Positions 60,640 to 64,000 of a DNA stretch of 64,000 nt are shown here, piece by piece. The stretch covers positions 310,001 to 374,000 of the forward strand of contig QPGO01000007.1 of assembly GCA_008632985.1 (NCBI GenBank), in the 5' to 3' direction. Each line of letters starts with the position of its first letter. Positions within the stretch are counted from its first letter, which is position 1. The DNA is from Psammoneis japonica (lineage: Eukaryota). Made by a program: the position numbers and the translations under genes. The notes below the pieces were generated by a model. The model did not search any database, was not told the origin of the DNA, and worked only from the letters and a program-made list of their open reading frames with translations.

Positions 60640-63600
60640 GATTATCTTTATCACTAACAGTAAGAGGTAAACCTCGAGACGACACACAATGCCGGCGGCA
60701 ACATTTCAACCTGAGCATAAAGAAAGCAAGAAATTACAGAAATAAGGGATTTCTAGATGTTGCTGCAGCATCGTGCATGCAAGAGGACGAAGCACCTTTT
60801 GATCACGAGTCTATCGTAGGACAAGGACAATGTTTCGTGATTTCAAATAAGGCGCAAGAAGTGAAAAAGTCCAAATCTGCATCCAACTGAAATTCTGGCT
60901 CTCCATCCTTGGGGGCTGTGTTTTATGAAATGTTTGCCCTGCAGTCAAATGAGCTGGAACAAAAGGAAAACAATGGGCATTGTGACATTATACTACATCT
61001 CAGGTAGCAAGCATCTTGGAGGGAGTGCCGAGATCCGACAGTGCCAAATTTTCTAAATCCAAAGTGCGTGTGCCCACTGCCAATTCACCATGTGGTAAAT
61101 CCTTCAGTTCTCTCATGTCAACAAGGTGGACATCAAGCTGGCTTGATCCAACACACCTCCTGGCTTTGTTCAGTCACCACTGGGAAACAAGGAAACAACC
61201 ACCCCGGTGACCTGGAAGAAAGCCACTTGTGGAAGGGAATTGGGCACAGCTGACCCCAGTGGCATCTGGTCATGGATGTTGTGGAGGATCATCCCCACGA
61301 GCCTGCCTTGTTTGGTGCCTCTGCACATGATCTTGGCAGTCAGGTCAGCCAGATTGTGTTCCAATCAAATGTGTCCAGCAAGCAATTCTCTTGTCACCAC
61401 TGATTTCCTGATGGTGTGACAACAAACAGAGCTCAACTTCTTTTTTGTGGCAGACTCTGGACTTTGTGTGTTGTGGACAAGTGACATGTTATCTCCACAG
61501 ACACAAGAGGGTCTGGAGACAATGGCATGCCCATCATCTGCAATTGCGTGTCTCAAACCAAGCAAAGCCTCCATGCCTTGCTTTGTGACCTCAAACTTGA
61601 CACCACAGACAAAGGTTTTGACAGTGCTGTGGCACTTGGAAAGCAGCCATGCTGCCGGGGTTGTGTTCAAACAAGCAAAGCAACCACATTGTGGGTGCCC
61701 AGTTGTCTTGTCATTCATGTGATCTGAGTTGACAAACAGCTGCAGATCAACCTCCTTTGCCAGAGATTCAGGTGCATTGCTTGGGATTGCCTCCCAAGCA
61801 CAACTGCAAAACAGCCCCCAGCCACATGCTTTGAAGTTGGATTTGTCTGTTCCCGGGAAAGTCAGGTCAAACACCAGCCTGATGTTGCATCTTACCTTGA
61901 GGCATTCACACACATGCCAGGCTGCCTCAAAGTGACCATCCTGTAGCACTGCTGAGAACAAGACTGACTTGGAAACTTCCATGATGAAATCCACATGCTC
62001 AAGTTTCCCAATCCTTTGAGGTGCACCCACCTGCAACTGGTGAAGAAGTGGGGCATCCTCCACACTGAGCTTGGGGGTGCAGCACCTGCCTCTGGGCAAT
62101 GCTCTAAAAAAAGGGGGGGTGTTGCCCTGCATGGCAGTGTGTGTCCTGGGCTCTTTTCATCTGAGCATGCTTTGGCGCTCTTGAAGGCTGTTGAGCTTGA
62201 GCTTGTTCACCAGGTGCATGCTCTGCTGGGGAGTTGGACTTGGCAAACCTCATCTCCAAGGTGCATCCCAGGGTCTCCAGTGAAACTGGGCTTTATCTTG
62301 GAGTGCTGGCTGAGCTCTTTCAATGCTGTCATGACACAGTTGTGCACCATCAGCATGTCATTGACACACATCAGTGCATGGGCAAAGCACCAAAAGCCAT
62401 CTTTGAGCCTGACCTCTCGTTGGAGCCATGCATCTGGGTCAGTCAAGCATGGCCGTGACAGCCCACATGACACACACACAAGTGAGGCTTGGTCATTTCC
62501 TGAGTTGCACACCTGTGCTTTTGAGACCACACAGTGCTTTCTGGGTGACCATTTTTGGGTCCAAACTCAGGACCCACCGGAGTTGTGGTTGTCCTTTTGC
62601 TGCTGTTTGGAGCAGTGACACAGGTGCTCTTGATGTTTGCTGCCTTCACCTCCAAAGCACTCAGCGCTGTGAGACCAAAAGTCATTTTTGTGCTCTCTTG
62701 CATTCCAACACTTGCATGCATCAAAGTTGCAGAGTCTTTTTACAAAAATTTGAGCATGTGGATGTGGCTCATGAAGCAGCACCAGAGTTGACAAAACAGC
62801 CCCACCATGCTTTGAGAGTTAAACCAGATTTGCAACCTCCACAAAAACTCACAAATGTGTTCTTCAGCAACAATTTTGAAAAGAGGAAAGCATGTAGATC
62901 ACATCTGTGAAAATGCTCAGGTCATTTGCCAAAAACAATTGTTGTCAAACAACAACAATTTGCACACCAATTGTCACACTGGCAAAAAAATGTGGCAGCT
63001 CTTGCTTTGCAAAGAGACAAATCCAAGTGCCAAATGAGCTAACTTGTTGTTGACCCTAAATCTGTGGAACAATGTTCTTTGGAAAAGCATGGAAATGGCT
63101 TTGAGCCATGCAGATTCCATGTCTCACAGCATTGAAGTTTTGCCATTTGCTGTTGGTCACTCTGTTGTGCTTGTTTTGAGAACACCCACAAGATCAAGAG
63201 TTTCTGGATTCTTGGCCAGTCGCAATGTTGCAGTGACTGAGTTTGCCATCACACACATTAAAACTGTGCACTGGCTTGGCACTCAAGCTGAGCTCTGGTG
63301 AGTAAAAGAAAATTTGTTTTTGCAGTTTTCAAATGTGGCAGACAGGCCTGGACAATGGTTGCATGTTTTAGACCCCTGTCTCCCACCCAAAAGGGCACAA
63401 GCTTTGGCTTTGCCTGTTGCCAAAACCAGCAGGAGCCAACCAGCCCTTGCAGCAGTCCTGCCCTGGATTTTGCATGTTGCTGCAGCTCTCAGCCCACTTC
63501 TTGTTGACACAAAAGCAACCAACAACATGATGGTTGCTGTGCAAGCACTCCACAAGACTGTGCCACTCTGCATGGATTCACAGACATGTGATGTGCTGAA

Positions 63601-64000
63601 TGTTTGCAAGAGTCAGTTCATGCCTGGCTGGGTGTGTTTGACATTTCATTTCATTGACCCTTGCCACCCAGAAGAGCAGGGCAGTTCCCCCCAGTCTGTG
63701 CCCAATGCTGGCCTTTGTGAGCCAAATGCTGGTGCACACAAAAGCATGTGGCACACTGCATGACACTCTTTTGTTTTTTGAATGCTGACACCACTCAACT
63801 CTTGGGCTGCATTTCCTGAGCAGCTCTTGTTTCCTGGACAACACTTGGCTCTCCTGCTTTGCTGAGACCACAACAATCATTTTTGGGGCTCCTCTGTGTC
63901 CACCAGGGGCCATGGCTGCCAGTGCTGCATTTTTTTGCATTGGCAAATTTTGGCTGGTGGTCTTGAGAGGCAGACGCACTTTGGTTTTTGACCCAGTTGG
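60640..64000 (-). mobile_element. Decayed Copia (CoDi-type) retrotransposon: 3' region, RNase H, RT and integrase remnants; runs off the window
   Basis: LAKEVDLQLFVNSDH...SKCHSTVKTFVCGVKFEVTKQGMEALLGLRH...PSCVCGDNMSLVHNTQSPESATKKKLSSVCCHTIRKSV; NLADLTAK; DPDAW...LMCVNDMLMVHN. Same family as 11850-18500. Confidence 0.85.

Noticed and set aside
60640..64000. ADAR/APOBEC-type editing of retro-intermediates
   Set aside because: Changes are on both strands of the same copy, affect DNA transposons and pseudogenes, and fade with position within one element.

Overview
This window is eukaryotic nuclear DNA, most likely from a diatom: it has short GT-AG introns, a GFAP-type plastid-targeting presequence, CoDi-type Copia remnants and a diatom-type 7TM fragment. 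It alternates between two kinds of region. Gene islands of normal composition (about 4.7-10.7, 23.6-30.5, 50.2-52.1 and 57.7-61.0 kb) hold a CHY/RING zinc-finger E3 ligase, a membrane thioredoxin-like protein, a HECT E3 ligase, a thylakoid-lumen protein, several pseudogenes (bestrophin, 7TM, Crinkler-like effectors) and young TIR elements. Large blocks of decayed nested transposons (Copia, LINE, Helitron, IS630/Tc1/mariner, KDZ/Zisupton-like) fill the rest. The most striking signal is that the repeat blocks have almost no TpA dinucleotides. Pairs of homologous copies inside the window show directional TA->TG and TA->CA transitions on both strands. Conserved Tyr residues of the transposon proteins are systematically Cys or His, and surviving TA sits mostly in YTAR contexts. 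The effect is partly uncoupled from CpG decay and fades within single repeats next to genes. This looks like a repeat- or heterochromatin-targeted A:T->G:C hypermutation process, opposite in direction to fungal RIP. The mechanism is inference only. All counts and alignments were made by eye.
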